DNA of 53,672 nt from Verrucomicrobiota bacterium (GCA_027622665.1 JAQBYT010000029.1:1-53672); one strand, 5' to 3'. Numbered from the stretch's first letter, positions 1 through 10,167 are shown. Translations and numbers: made by a program. The notes: a model not told the origin generated them from the sequence alone.

Positions 1-20
1 CGTCGGGTTGCCCAAGCGTC

Positions 21-140
21 CGCTGGATTGCCGCGTGGCCCCATTCGGGTCTCCTCGCAATGACAACGTGAAAACAGGTAGGCTTTCCGACCGTTCCGCT
101 GGATTGCCGCGTTGGGACTTTGCCCTTCCTCGCGATGACA
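21..140. repeat. Two direct copies of a REP-like palindrome (GGATTGCCGCG...CCTCGCAATGAC)
   Basis: cgctggattgccgcgt...cctcgc(a/g)atgacaa at about 21-66 and 97-141; same family at 18598-18645 and 53310-53672. Confidence 0.8.
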
Positions 141-183
141 AAGGGGAAATCGACTGAGAGTAAACTAAGCTTGAATGGAGGTA

Positions 184-414
184 CTAGTTGTCGGGAGCAC
201 AGCGACCGCAGTTGGTGGGCATGCCCGAGCAGGGTGGCATTTCTGCGGAGCCGGATGATTCTGCGGAGCCGGTTGCGGCAAAGACCGAAAGCTTTTTCTC
301 CAGCTTGGGCGAACCACAGTGCGAGCAATGGGCCTCGCCCTCCCATTTGGAGGAGCGAACGAGAAGCTCGGAGTCCTTGTCGCAAGCGGAACAGGTGAAC
401 TCGTAGATAGGCAT
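184..414 (-). CDS. FmdB-family zinc-ribbon protein
   Basis: MPIYEFTCSAC...CSHCGS..LEKKLS pattern with Cys-rich tail. Confidence 0.9.
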   Translation of the reverse strand: MPIYEFTCSACDKDSELLVRSSKWEGEAHCSHCGSPKLEKKLSVFAATGSAESSGSAEMPPCSGMPTNCGRCAPDN

Positions 415-447
415 AGGTGTCTCGGCGTTTGCCGATCGTGGAGGGGA

Positions 448-672
448 TCAGTAGTTGGCCAGCAAGTGGAAGAACCAGGCGATCATATAATAGCAGGAAA
501 TGAGGATGCCGGCGCCAAAAAGACCGAAGAAAGCGAAGTTAAGAACTTTTTGCGTGCCTGCCGAGCGGAGAAATTCAGGTTCCTTTTCCATGGAACCGAC
601 CATGAGGATGAAATACACCACAAGGGCGAAAATCGGCATTGTAATCATGAACCAATCAAATTCTGTATTCAT
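448..672 (-). CDS. Small hypothetical membrane protein
   Basis: 74 aa, two hydrophobic segments, co-oriented 33 nt upstream of the FmdB gene. Confidence 0.6.
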   Translation of the reverse strand: MNTEFDWFMITMPIFALVVYFILMVGSMEKEPEFLRSAGTQKVLNFAFFGLFGAGILISCYYMIAWFFHLLANY

Positions 673-837
673 TATCTAGTGGATATCCAAGTTTCAGATG
701 ATGCTCCCTAAAAGAGGGATCAATATGTCGGGAGGTCGAGCGAAGTCAAGAACGGGTGACTTTTCTAATTGAAGAATGCTCACCGCGGATGCAGGGTTGA
801 TTCACCTTTCCAAAATCATCATGCCACTTATCCATCC

Positions 838-1272
838 ATGAAAAACCTTCTTACGATTTCCTGCGCAGCATTCATTGCCTTTGCAGGTATCGAACCCTTA
901 TCCGCCAAATCGAAGGGAAACCCCTCGGCGAAGGCGAACACCGAAAACAAATCCAAAGCAAAAGTGAAAAAAATTCGACACGTCGTATGCTTCAAGTTCA
1001 AGGAAGAGGCCACCAAAGAACAGATCGCGAAGGTGGAGAAGGCCTTCGAGGACTTGAAGAAGAAAAAAAAGATCGCCGAGATCGAAAAATTGGAATGGGG
1101 AACCAACAACAGCCCGGAGGGGTTGAACAAGGGGTTCACGCATTGCTTTATCTTGACCTTCGCCGACGAGAAGGCGAGGGACGCCTACCTCCCCCACCCC
1201 GACCACAAGGCCTTCGGGAAAGTGCTGAAGCCCATTTTGGACGACGTCTTCGTAATCGATTTCGCGAAGTAG
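838..1272 (+). CDS. Dabb-family (stress-responsive A/B barrel) protein with signal peptide
   Basis: IRHVVCFKFK, WGTNNSPEGLNKGFTH, YLPHPDH motifs; ATG 838 gives a signal peptide. Confidence 0.9.
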   Translation: MKNLLTISCAAFIAFAGIEPLSAKSKGNPSAKANTENKSKAKVKKIRHVVCFKFKEEATKEQIAKVEKAFEDLKKKKKIAEIEKLEWGTNNSPEGLNKGFTHCFILTFADEKARDAYLPHPDHKAFGKVLKPILDDVFVIDFAK

Positions 1273-1273
1273 C

Positions 1274-2194
1274 GTGAGAGCGACCGCAATAAGTTGCGGG
1301 CTTGTCCTTGCGGTCTCCTTCTTGACCGCAAAGGAACCGGAGAGGAGTTTTCGCATCGCGGGCTATCTGCCCGAGTATCGCGTGGACGGGATTACGCCCG
1401 AGGGCGTTGCGGGGTTGACCGACTTGATCGTGTTCTCGATTACGCCGAGGGCAAATGGCTCTATCGATGCCGCAGCTTGGCCAAAGCGAAAGATGGAAAA
1501 GGTTCGGAAATTGGCGGCTTCGTCGCAGGCCCGGATGTTGATTGCCGTCGGAGGCTGGGGGCGCTCGGCTGGCTTCGCCGGCATGGCCGGCAACCCCCGG
1601 ACTCGCCAACGATTCGTCAAGGAACTATCCGCATTCTGCCAAACCAATGAGTTCAAGGGGGTGGTCTACGATTGGGAATTTCCTCGAAACTCGAAAGAGG
1701 AAACTTCCTTCGACCATCTGCTCCGAGAGACGAGATGTTTGTTCGTGCCGAAGCGCCGAACCGTGGAGATCGCGGTGAATTCGGCGAGGCCTTTGCCCAT
1801 AGATTGGACGGTGAAGGTGGACGCCGTGCACGTTATGTCCTACGACAACGGGCCGCGTCACGCCACTTATGAGCAAGCTGTGACAGATCTCAATAAAATG
1901 GCCTTGCTGGGGGTTCCGGCGGAAATGCAGTTGCTGGGGCTGCCGTTCTACGGTCGCCAAATCACGAATCGGAACAATGCCCTCACCTATGCTGAAATAA
2001 AGGAGCGTTTTCACCCCAAACACGAACAAGACGAGGCGGGCGGGTATTACTTCAATGGCCCGGGTACGCTCGCTAAAAAAGTGAAGTTGGCCAAGGCACG
2101 AGGGTTGTCCGGGGTGATGATCTGGGAGATCGGGCAGGACGCCAAGGGTCGGGACTCGTTGCTCAAACAACTGGCCTTGGCCAAGAAAGAATGA
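1274..2194 (+). CDS. Glycoside hydrolase family 18 (chitinase-like) protein
   Basis: AVGGW, FKGVVYDWEFP, VMSYD, LGLPFYGR, GVMIWEIGQD motifs; signal peptide. Confidence 0.88.
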   Translation: MRATAISCGLVLAVSFLTAKEPERSFRIAGYLPEYRVDGITPEGVAGLTDLIVFSITPRANGSIDAAAWPKRKMEKVRKLAASSQARMLIAVGGWGRSAGFAGMAGNPRTRQRFVKELSAFCQTNEFKGVVYDWEFPRNSKEETSFDHLLRETRCLFVPKRRTVEIAVNSARPLPIDWTVKVDAVHVMSYDNGPRHATYEQAVTDLNKMALLGVPAEMQLLGLPFYGRQITNRNNALTYAEIKERFHPKHEQDEAGGYYFNGPGTLAKKVKLAKARGLSGVMIWEIGQDAKGRDSLLKQLALAKKE

Positions 2195-2286
2195 TTCCGC
2201 TCATTCCCATATGTTTGACGGTTCCGAAAAAAATCTATAACGCGTAAGAATTACGACTCGAGCAACATGAAGATGAAAAAGAGAAT

Positions 2287-4131
2287 ATGAAGATTATCCC
2301 ATATCTAGTACTTTGGTTTTTGATCCTTCCCCGGGCCTCGGCCGTCGATTTCGAGAAGGATGTGAAACCTGTTCTCGAAAGGCGTTGCGCCAAGTGCCAT
2401 GCCTACGGGGAGCGCAAGGGCGGGCTTTCCATGGAGACCCGCGAGAGTCTTTTGAAGGGCGGCGAGGACGGGAAGGTCGTGGAGGCCGGAAAGACAACGG
2501 GCAGCCTGTTTCTCGATCTGCTCGTGGAAAAGGACTCGGCCGATCGCATGCCGCAAAAGGCGGACAAGATGCCGGACGACGAAATCGCCTTGCTCCAAGC
2601 TTGGGTAAAGGAGGGATTGCCTTGGGATGAAGGTTTTGCCTTTCGTCACCCGAAGGCCCTCATAGCTCCGCGTGTGGTGCAGGTTCCACCCGCCAAGGGA
2701 GAGATGAAGAACCCCGTCGATCTATTCCTGAAACCCTATTTTGTGAAGCAAGGGGTAAAGCATTCGAAGCCAGTGAATGATCGCGTTTTTCTTCGACGAG
2801 CCTACTTGGACCTGATCGGTCTATTCCCTACCCCCGCACAGTACTCGGCCTTCGCCGAGGACAAGCATTCGGGTAAATATGATAAACTCGCAGACACCCT
2901 GCTGGCGAACGACGAGCACTATATGCAGCACTGGCTCTCGTTTTGGAACGATGCCTTTCGGAACAGTTACACTCGGCAGTACCATGGCGGCAACAAGTAC
3001 CGGTTGACCAATTGGTTGAAGGCGTCTCTCAAGGCCAACAAGCCCTACGACCAACTCGCTCGGGAAGTATTGAATCCGATAGCCGGAGACCAAGCCGCCT
3101 TCATCGACGGCATTAAGTGGCGGGGGACGGTGAATTCCTCTCAAGTCGTCGAGATGCAGGCTGCCCAAAACGTGACTCAGGTTTTTCTAGGTCTCAACCT
3201 CAAGTGCGCTTCCTGCCATGATAGTTTCATCAACGACTGGACGCTCGATCAATCCTATGCCTTTGCCTCCGTCTTCGCAAATGCACCGATGGAGAAGCAT
3301 CGCTGCGACAAGCCGACCGGGAAAAAGGTTTCCCCGGCCTTCATCTATCCCGAGCTGGGGGGAATTGATCCGAAAGCCTCCCGAAACATTCGTCTCAAAC
3401 AGTTGGCCGACCTCATGACCAAGAAGGAAAACGGACGGTTTTCGCGGGTCATCGTGAATCGGATGTGGGCATCGTTCTTCGGCAGAGGTCTCGTCGAGCC
3501 CGTAGACGAAATGGATAACTCACCGTGGTCGGCAGACCTCCTCGACTGGCTGGCTCATGACTTTGCCTCCAATGGCCACGACCTCAAGCACACCATGCGA
3601 ATGCTAGTGACTTCTCAAGCTTATCGATTGCCCGCTATCGAACCTGTGCCCAACCAGAAACCCGATGGGTTCACCTTCAAGGGGCCACTGACCCGGCGGC
3701 TCCGAGCGGAACAATTCATGGATGGATTGGCACAACTCGGAGAAGCTGCTGCGCCACCGGCCAAGCGTCCGGCTTTCCAACGGCATGGCCTCAAAAACCT
3801 GGATCGACTGATGCGCATCCTCGGTCGCCCCAAACGAGACCAAGTCGCGACCTCTCGCGATGATCGCCCCACCACCCTGCAAGCCCTTGAACTGAGCAAT
3901 GGCGACATCATGCACAAGGCCGTTCAGAGCGTAGGCAACCGTTGGGCCTCCGGCAAGCGAGCCCCCGACAAGTTGATCGAGGACCTTTTCGGCAACGCCT
4001 TCCTGCGAAAACCCAATGCGGAAGAAACAATCGCAGCGAAGGCGCTATTGGGTGAAACACCGAATGCCGCCAACGTATCCGACCTCGTATGGGCCCTAGT
4101 CTTGCAACCCGAATTTCAACTTATTTATTGA
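2287..4131 (+). CDS. Planctomycete cytochrome c / DUF1549 / DUF1553 (PSD1) domain protein
   Basis: Signal peptide; CAKCH and CASCH heme motifs; FLRRAYLDLIG, VNRMW..FFGRGLVEP..LLDWLA..F, RRLRAEQ. Confidence 0.92.
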   Translation: MKIIPYLVLWFLILPRASAVDFEKDVKPVLERRCAKCHAYGERKGGLSMETRESLLKGGEDGKVVEAGKTTGSLFLDLLVEKDSADRMPQKADKMPDDEIALLQAWVKEGLPWDEGFAFRHPKALIAPRVVQVPPAKGEMKNPVDLFLKPYFVKQGVKHSKPVNDRVFLRRAYLDLIGLFPTPAQYSAFAEDKHSGKYDKLADTLLANDEHYMQHWLSFWNDAFRNSYTRQYHGGNKYRLTNWLKASLKANKPYDQLAREVLNPIAGDQAAFIDGIKWRGTVNSSQVVEMQAAQNVTQVFLGLNLKCASCHDSFINDWTLDQSYAFASVFANAPMEKHRCDKPTGKKVSPAFIYPELGGIDPKASRNIRLKQLADLMTKKENGRFSRVIVNRMWASFFGRGLVEPVDEMDNSPWSADLLDWLAHDFASNGHDLKHTMRMLVTSQAYRLPAIEPVPNQKPDGFTFKGPLTRRLRAEQFMDGLAQLGEAAAPPAKRPAFQRHGLKNLDRLMRILGRPKRDQVATSRDDRPTTLQALELSNGDIMHKAVQSVGNRWASGKRAPDKLIEDLFGNAFLRKPNAEETIAAKALLGETPNAANVSDLVWALVLQPEFQLIY

Positions 4132-4132
4132 T

Positions 4133-5557
4133 ATGCAACATCGACGCGAATTCCTAAAGACCGCTTCCACCGCCACCTTGGCAGCCCTAGCCGCAGGGTC
4201 GCCCGAGCAAGCCGTAGGTTCCACGCCCCGATCCGAATGGCCAAAGGCCAAGGCGGATTCGGTCATCATCCTCTGGATGGGAGGCGGCATGGCCGCCCCC
4301 GACACGTTCGACCCCAAGCGCTACGTCCCCTTCGAGGTCGGTGTGCCGCTGGAAAAGATCATCAGCACCTTTCCAGCCATCGACACCAACGTGGATGGAA
4401 TAAAAATCACCGAGGGTCTCGAGAACATCGCCCAAGTGATGGATCGCGGAACTTTGATTCGTTCCCACAAGGTAGCCGATTTGGGACATATCCTGCACAG
4501 TCGACACCAATACCATTGGCACACGGGGTACGAACCACCCATCACGGTCGCGGCGCCCCACATCGGATCTTGGATAGCCAAAAGCCTAGGTCCTCGAAAT
4601 CCGGCCATTCCACCTTTCATCGACGTCGGTCAGATAATGAACGCGGGCGGCGAGACGGAAGCCCTGAAAGCCTTTCATACTGCCGGATTCCTAGGTAGCG
4701 AGCACGGTCCCTTCATGATTCCTAATCCCGATTTAGCCGCCAAGGCCGTCGAACCTCCCCCCGGGATGGACGTTTCCCGTTTCTCCAATCGTTACAAGGC
4801 TTTCGAGAAACTGGCGAAGGCTTCGCCAGTATTGAAGCACGGTTCTTCCTATCAACGGGAATCCCTGCTGCGCTCAATGGACAGCGCTCATCGCATTCTC
4901 GGCGACAAGAAGGCCGCCCAAGCATTCGACGTGTCACTGGAGGACAAAGACAGTTTCGCAAAGTACGACACCGGAGAATTTGGTCGCGGCTGTTTGCTGG
5001 CCCGTAGATTGGTGGAGGCGGGTTCTCGTTTCATCGAGGTCACCACGGGGTATTATCCTTTCAAAAAATGGGATACGCACGAGAACGGACACCTCACCGT
5101 GAAAAAGATGAAGGAAGAAATCGATCGCCCCATCGCCCAGCTGATCCTCGATCTGGAGACCCGCGGTTTGCTCGACCGAACCTTGGTGGTGCTGGCTAGC
5201 GAGTTCAGTCGCGACATGATCATCGAGGGAGTGCCGGGCAGTTCGGCTAGAGATCAATCCAGAGCCAAGACCGACGTTCTCAAGGAAATGAAGCATTACG
5301 GGCAACACCGTCATTTTACGGGATCCGGATCCGTGCTCATGTTCGGTGGAGGTATAAAGAAAGGTTTTCTTTACGGCAAGACAGCCGAAGAACGCCCGCT
5401 GCTTTCGATCGAGAATCCAGTAACCATTCCCGACCTTCACGCCACCATTTATCACGCCCTCGGAATCCCGGCGGATCACAACTACAAAATCGAGCGTCGC
5501 CCCTTCTATGCCACCAAGGATGGGAAGGGGAAACCTGTTCTGGATCTTTTCGCATAA
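4133..5557 (+). CDS. DUF1501 domain protein, Tat-exported
   Basis: RREFLK Tat motif; LWMGGG..DTFDPK, CLLARRLVEAG, WDTH, SEFSR; starts 1 nt after the DUF1553 gene. Confidence 0.92.
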   Translation: MQHRREFLKTASTATLAALAAGSPEQAVGSTPRSEWPKAKADSVIILWMGGGMAAPDTFDPKRYVPFEVGVPLEKIISTFPAIDTNVDGIKITEGLENIAQVMDRGTLIRSHKVADLGHILHSRHQYHWHTGYEPPITVAAPHIGSWIAKSLGPRNPAIPPFIDVGQIMNAGGETEALKAFHTAGFLGSEHGPFMIPNPDLAAKAVEPPPGMDVSRFSNRYKAFEKLAKASPVLKHGSSYQRESLLRSMDSAHRILGDKKAAQAFDVSLEDKDSFAKYDTGEFGRGCLLARRLVEAGSRFIEVTTGYYPFKKWDTHENGHLTVKKMKEEIDRPIAQLILDLETRGLLDRTLVVLASEFSRDMIIEGVPGSSARDQSRAKTDVLKEMKHYGQHRHFTGSGSVLMFGGGIKKGFLYGKTAEERPLLSIENPVTIPDLHATIYHALGIPADHNYKIERRPFYATKDGKGKPVLDLFA

Positions 5558-5650
5558 GGTAAAGCTTCCTTTCCGTGGCAGACTTTGATTCTTGACCGCC
5601 GAGGCGTTGTGGTTTCGCTAGACGGGGTGCTATTCACACGACATACTCGT

Positions 5651-7219
5651 ATGGCTCTCCACCAAAACGCCGTTTTTTTCCTTTTCGCCATTTTTGCTCT
5701 CGCTTCCGTTGCTGCGGGCGACGTCAAGACGCCGGCCATTTTCGGGAGCAACATGGTTCTACAGCGCGATCATGCCAATCCCGTTTGGGGCTGGGCGGAC
5801 AAGGGCGAAAAAGTATCCGTAAGTATTGCCGAACAGACTCATAACACCCAAGCGGATAAAGACGGCAATTGGCGGATTACGCTCAAGTCGCTTGATGCTA
5901 CCGATAAACCGCTCACCTTGACGATCAAGGGAAAGAACGAACTGAAATACGAAAATGTTCTTGTCGGTGAAGTTTGGCTCTGCTCTGGGCAGTCCAACAT
6001 GGGCTGGCCTCTAAACAATGCAGATGACTCGGACTTGGAGATTATGACCGCAAACTATCCGAATCTGAGACTCATCAGCATTCCCCAAGTCGGGACCCAG
6101 GAACCTCAGCACGATTTCAATGGCAAATGGGAAGCCACTACTCCTGAAGTCGCCAGTCAATTTTCCGCCGTGGGTTATCTCTTCGGTCGCAGGCTCCACC
6201 AGACGCTGGGCATCCCCGTCGGTCTCATAGACAATGCATGGGGCGGATCGGCTTGCGAAGCATGGATTCCACGTGACCGACTGGACGCGACACTCGCGGC
6301 CAAGCCTTATATGGATTCTTGGCGCAAGACCGAGGGCACCTACGACGCCAAGGCTGCTCAAGTAAAGCATGAAGCACAGAAAGCCAAATGGAAGGAACAA
6401 GTTAAAAAAGCTAAAGCTGCCGGAAAAACTTTGCCCCGTGCGCCTCGACCTCCACGTAACCCTCTGACCGGTCAGCATCGTCCCGCAAATCTCTACAATG
6501 GGGTGCTCAAGCCAATCATCGGATACGGGATCAAGGGCGCCATCTGGTACCAAGGTGAAAGTAATTCGGCTCGTGGGCACGCCTACCGGGAGGTTTTCCC
6601 CTTGATGATCGAGACGTGGAGGAGAGACTGGAAACAGGGAGACTTTTCCTTCTACTGGGTCCAGTTGGCCGATTTTATGGGGGAAGACGAGGAACCCGTG
6701 GACAATAACTGGCCCGAATTGCGCGAAGCCCAAACCTTTACTCAGGATAGGCTCAAGAATGTTGGAGAGGCTGTCATCATTGACGTTGGGGAGGGCCGCG
6801 ACATTCATCCCCGCAACAAGCAAATCGTATCCAATCGACTGGCTCGACTTGCCTTGGCTAAGGATTACGGGATGACGCTCCCCCACCTCAGCCCTCGGTT
6901 TAAATCAATGGAAGTCAAGGGAGGCAAGGCCACCATCACCTTCGATCACATCGGAACCGGGCTTTATGCCTTTGACCTCCGCGAACCCATCGGATTCGCG
7001 ATTTGCGGAAAGGATAAGAAGTTCGTCTGGGCTCAAGCCAAATTGTCAGGCCAAGACAAGGTGGAAGTATGGGCCGAAGGGATAAAGGAACCTATCGCGG
7101 TTCGGTATGCTTGGTCCAACAATCCCGTCAGTAATCTCTATGGGAAGACCGGCTCAGTCACCCTCCCGGTTACCCCCTTCCGCACCGACGACTTCCCCTT
7201 GGTGACTAAGGGAAAATAA
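5651..7219 (+). CDS. Sialate O-acetylesterase (SGNH)
   Basis: GEVWLCSGQSNM, IWYQGESN, DIHPRNK, VRYAW, PFRTDD. Confidence 0.92.
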   Translation: MALHQNAVFFLFAIFALASVAAGDVKTPAIFGSNMVLQRDHANPVWGWADKGEKVSVSIAEQTHNTQADKDGNWRITLKSLDATDKPLTLTIKGKNELKYENVLVGEVWLCSGQSNMGWPLNNADDSDLEIMTANYPNLRLISIPQVGTQEPQHDFNGKWEATTPEVASQFSAVGYLFGRRLHQTLGIPVGLIDNAWGGSACEAWIPRDRLDATLAAKPYMDSWRKTEGTYDAKAAQVKHEAQKAKWKEQVKKAKAAGKTLPRAPRPPRNPLTGQHRPANLYNGVLKPIIGYGIKGAIWYQGESNSARGHAYREVFPLMIETWRRDWKQGDFSFYWVQLADFMGEDEEPVDNNWPELREAQTFTQDRLKNVGEAVIIDVGEGRDIHPRNKQIVSNRLARLALAKDYGMTLPHLSPRFKSMEVKGGKATITFDHIGTGLYAFDLREPIGFAICGKDKKFVWAQAKLSGQDKVEVWAEGIKEPIAVRYAWSNNPVSNLYGKTGSVTLPVTPFRTDDFPLVTKGK

Positions 7220-7239
7220 CGCCAACCGACCTCAACCCT

Positions 7240-8256
7240 ATGAAACCATCGCTTGCAGCGACCATATTGGTCTGCTTTCCTTACCTGCTCCAGGCTAAAC
7301 CCACTTTGGAGGTCGTCTTGGATTCTTCCCAAGTGAACAATCCATTCGGAGTGGACTTCGACCAAGCCGGCAACGCCTACGTCGCGGAATACATGGGGGG
7401 CCGTGTTCACAAACTGAAGGCAGGAGGCGAACTGATCACGATTTCCGGGAACGGGAAGAAGGGATACGCCGGGGATGGCATGGACGCAAAAAAAGCTGTC
7501 TACAACGGTGTGCACAATGTTGTCCGCTTATCGAACGGCGACCTGTACGTTTCCGACACGCGAAACAACCTGATCCGCAAGATCGATGGTAAGACGAACC
7601 TCGTCTCCACCATCGCGGGAGTTCCCGGCAAAAAAGGTTTCGCCGGAGACGATGGTCCCGCGACGAAGGCGCTGTTGGCGGATCCCATATCCATAAGCCT
7701 TTCGCCCGATGAAAGCACTTTGCTCATCGCCGACATTCAAAACAAGCGCATCCGTGGCATAGACCTCAAGTCAGGAACAATCAAAACGTTGGCAGGCAAC
7801 GGAAAGAAGGGAACTCCTAAGGAAGGCGGCCAAGCAACCGAGCAACCGCTGGCCGACCCGCGTGCTTCCGTGATGGACGTCAAAGGCAATCTCTATGTTT
7901 TGGAACGTGGGGGAAATGCTCTTCGAATTGTTCGTTCCAATGGGAGCATCTTCACCTTGGCCGGAACGGGCAAAAAGGGTCCCAAGGATGGACCCGCCCT
8001 CAAAGCTGAATTCGCCGGCCCCAAGCACCTTTGTCTGGACGGCCAAGGCAACGTCATCATTGCAGACGACAACAATCATCTCATTCGCCTATACGACCCA
8101 AAGAGCAAAACGGTTTCCACCATTCTCGGTGGGAACGCCGAACCGAAAACCAAGCTGAACCGGCCACACGGCGTGTCAATCGCTCCCGACGGCGCCCTCT
8201 GGATTTGCGACAGTTGGAACAACCGCGTACTGATCCTAAGAAACTACCAAAAATGA
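7240..8256 (+). CDS. NHL-repeat beta-propeller protein
   Basis: Repeated P-G/S...D..GN.YV.D..N..IR units; signal peptide. Confidence 0.88.
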   Translation: MKPSLAATILVCFPYLLQAKPTLEVVLDSSQVNNPFGVDFDQAGNAYVAEYMGGRVHKLKAGGELITISGNGKKGYAGDGMDAKKAVYNGVHNVVRLSNGDLYVSDTRNNLIRKIDGKTNLVSTIAGVPGKKGFAGDDGPATKALLADPISISLSPDESTLLIADIQNKRIRGIDLKSGTIKTLAGNGKKGTPKEGGQATEQPLADPRASVMDVKGNLYVLERGGNALRIVRSNGSIFTLAGTGKKGPKDGPALKAEFAGPKHLCLDGQGNVIIADDNNHLIRLYDPKSKTVSTILGGNAEPKTKLNRPHGVSIAPDGALWICDSWNNRVLILRNYQK

Positions 8257-10160
8257 AGAAACCCATCCGACTACTCGTCCTTCTGCTCACTCCGTTTGCT
8301 TCCGTTCCAGCGGCCGACCTACCTAACATTCTCTGGTTGACCAGCGAGGACAACGGCCCCCACTTGGGATGCTATGGCGACGAGTACGCCACCACGCCCA
8401 ATCTAGACGTGCTTGCGTCCAAGGGAATGATCTACACCCGGGCAATATCCAACGCCCCCGTATGCGCTCCCGCTCGCACCACTATCATTTCGGGCATGTA
8501 TCCTCCCTCCACGGGTTCCGAGCACATGCGCAGTATGACCAGCCTGCCCGCAGGATACAAAATGTATCCCGCCTACCTGCGTGAACTCGGCTACTACTGC
8601 ACAAACAAGTCCAAGGAAGATTACAACCTTCGCAAGGAAGGTGAGGTTTGGAATGAAAGCGGAGGAAAAGGGCATTGGAGAAATCGCCCCGACAAAAAGA
8701 AACCGTTCTTCGCCATCTTCAACTACACCGTGTGCCACGAGAGCCAAATCCGGAAACGCCCCCATGTCCAGGTCCATGATCCCGCCAAGGTGCGCGTGCC
8801 CGCCTATCACCCCGATCATCCCGAGGTGCGCAAGGACTGGGCTCAATACCACGACAAGTTGACCGAGATGGATCGACAAGTCGGGGCTCAGCTCAAGGAG
8901 CTTGAGGACGCAGGTTTAGCCGAGGACACTATCGTTTTCTACTACGGCGACCATGGCTCCGGCATGCCACGCAGCAAGCGCTGGCCGTTCTTCTCCGGCC
9001 TCAACGTGCCGCTCATCGTGCACGTTCCGGAAAAATGGAAACATCTCGCGGCATCCGACTACAAGGTGGGCGGCAGTAGTGACCGCCGGGTCGGCTTTGT
9101 CGACCTCGCCCCCACCCTGATCAGCATAGCGGGCAATAAACCTCCCGCCCACATGCAGGGGCACGCCTTCATGGGCAAGCACGAGGCACCTGCCCAAGAG
9201 TACGGCTACGGCTTTCGCGGTCGGATGGACGAACGCTACGACATGGTGCGTAGCGTGGTCGGCAAGCGCTACATGTACATCCGGAACTATATGCCTCACA
9301 AATTGTACGGCCAACATGTGGGCTATATGTTCGTCACCACCACCACACAGGTATGGAAACGTCTCTATGACGAGGGGAAATTGAACGAGGCCCAAAGCCA
9401 CTTCTGGAAAACCAAACCGGCCGAGGAATTGTACGACCTCGAAAAAGACCCCGACGAAGTGAACAACCTGGCCGGTTCCAAGAAACACCAGAAAATTCTA
9501 GACCAAATGCGCAAGGCTCACCGTGAACACGTTGCCAAAATACGCGACGTGGGCTTTCTGCCCGAGGGAGAGATACATTCCCGTTCCGAAGGCTCGACTC
9601 CGTATGAGATGGGACACGACGACAAGAAGTATCCCTTTGCCAGAATCCACCTTGCCGCCGACATGGCTTCCGGTCTTTCTCCTTGGGCGATTCCGACCAT
9701 CACCCGGTTTCTTGAAGATGAAGATTCCGCTGTTCGCTATTGGGGTGCCCTCGGATTACTTATGCGCGGGAAGGCCGGCGTTGAAATAGGCCGCAAGCAA
9801 CTGCTCACGGCCCTATCCGACAAATCCCCCTACGTGCAAGTCATCGCGGCCGAAGCCCTAGGCAAGTATGGTTCGAAGGAGGACGTCGCCAAAGCCGTCG
9901 AGACCCTTGGCAAGATCGTCGACCCGATTAAGAACGGTTGCTTCCCCTCCATGCTCGCGATGAACGCCATCGACCACTTGGACGACAAGGCGAAGTCGCT
10001 CGTCCCCCTGATTCAATCCATGCCCCGCACCCCGACCGAGGTCGATGGACGCTTCAAGGGCTATGTCGGACGCCTTGTCGACACCACTCTGAAGGAATTT
10101 GGCGCCCCAACCCAAGGCCAACCCAAGCCCAAGAAGAACAAAGACCGGAAGAAGAAGTAG
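8253..10160 (+). CDS. Sulfatase (formylglycine type) with C-terminal HEAT repeats
   Basis: PNILWLTSED, CAPAR (CxPxR), GDHG, EELYDL..DPDE; VRYWGA and VQVIAAEAL HEAT-like repeats; ATGA overlap with the NHL gene. Confidence 0.93.
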   Translation: MKKPIRLLVLLLTPFASVPAADLPNILWLTSEDNGPHLGCYGDEYATTPNLDVLASKGMIYTRAISNAPVCAPARTTIISGMYPPSTGSEHMRSMTSLPAGYKMYPAYLRELGYYCTNKSKEDYNLRKEGEVWNESGGKGHWRNRPDKKKPFFAIFNYTVCHESQIRKRPHVQVHDPAKVRVPAYHPDHPEVRKDWAQYHDKLTEMDRQVGAQLKELEDAGLAEDTIVFYYGDHGSGMPRSKRWPFFSGLNVPLIVHVPEKWKHLAASDYKVGGSSDRRVGFVDLAPTLISIAGNKPPAHMQGHAFMGKHEAPAQEYGYGFRGRMDERYDMVRSVVGKRYMYIRNYMPHKLYGQHVGYMFVTTTTQVWKRLYDEGKLNEAQSHFWKTKPAEELYDLEKDPDEVNNLAGSKKHQKILDQMRKAHREHVAKIRDVGFLPEGEIHSRSEGSTPYEMGHDDKKYPFARIHLAADMASGLSPWAIPTITRFLEDEDSAVRYWGALGLLMRGKAGVEIGRKQLLTALSDKSPYVQVIAAEALGKYGSKEDVAKAVETLGKIVDPIKNGCFPSMLAMNAIDHLDDKAKSLVPLIQSMPRTPTEVDGRFKGYVGRLVDTTLKEFGAPTQGQPKPKKNKDRKKK

Positions 10161-10167
10161 CCAGCTT

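Noticed and set aside
8031..8252. N-terminal extension of the sulfatase (likewise cca, spermidine synthase-like, SirB1-like, mrp)
   Set aside because: Overlaps neighbouring genes or lacks family features; downstream starts give proper signal peptides or family N-termini.
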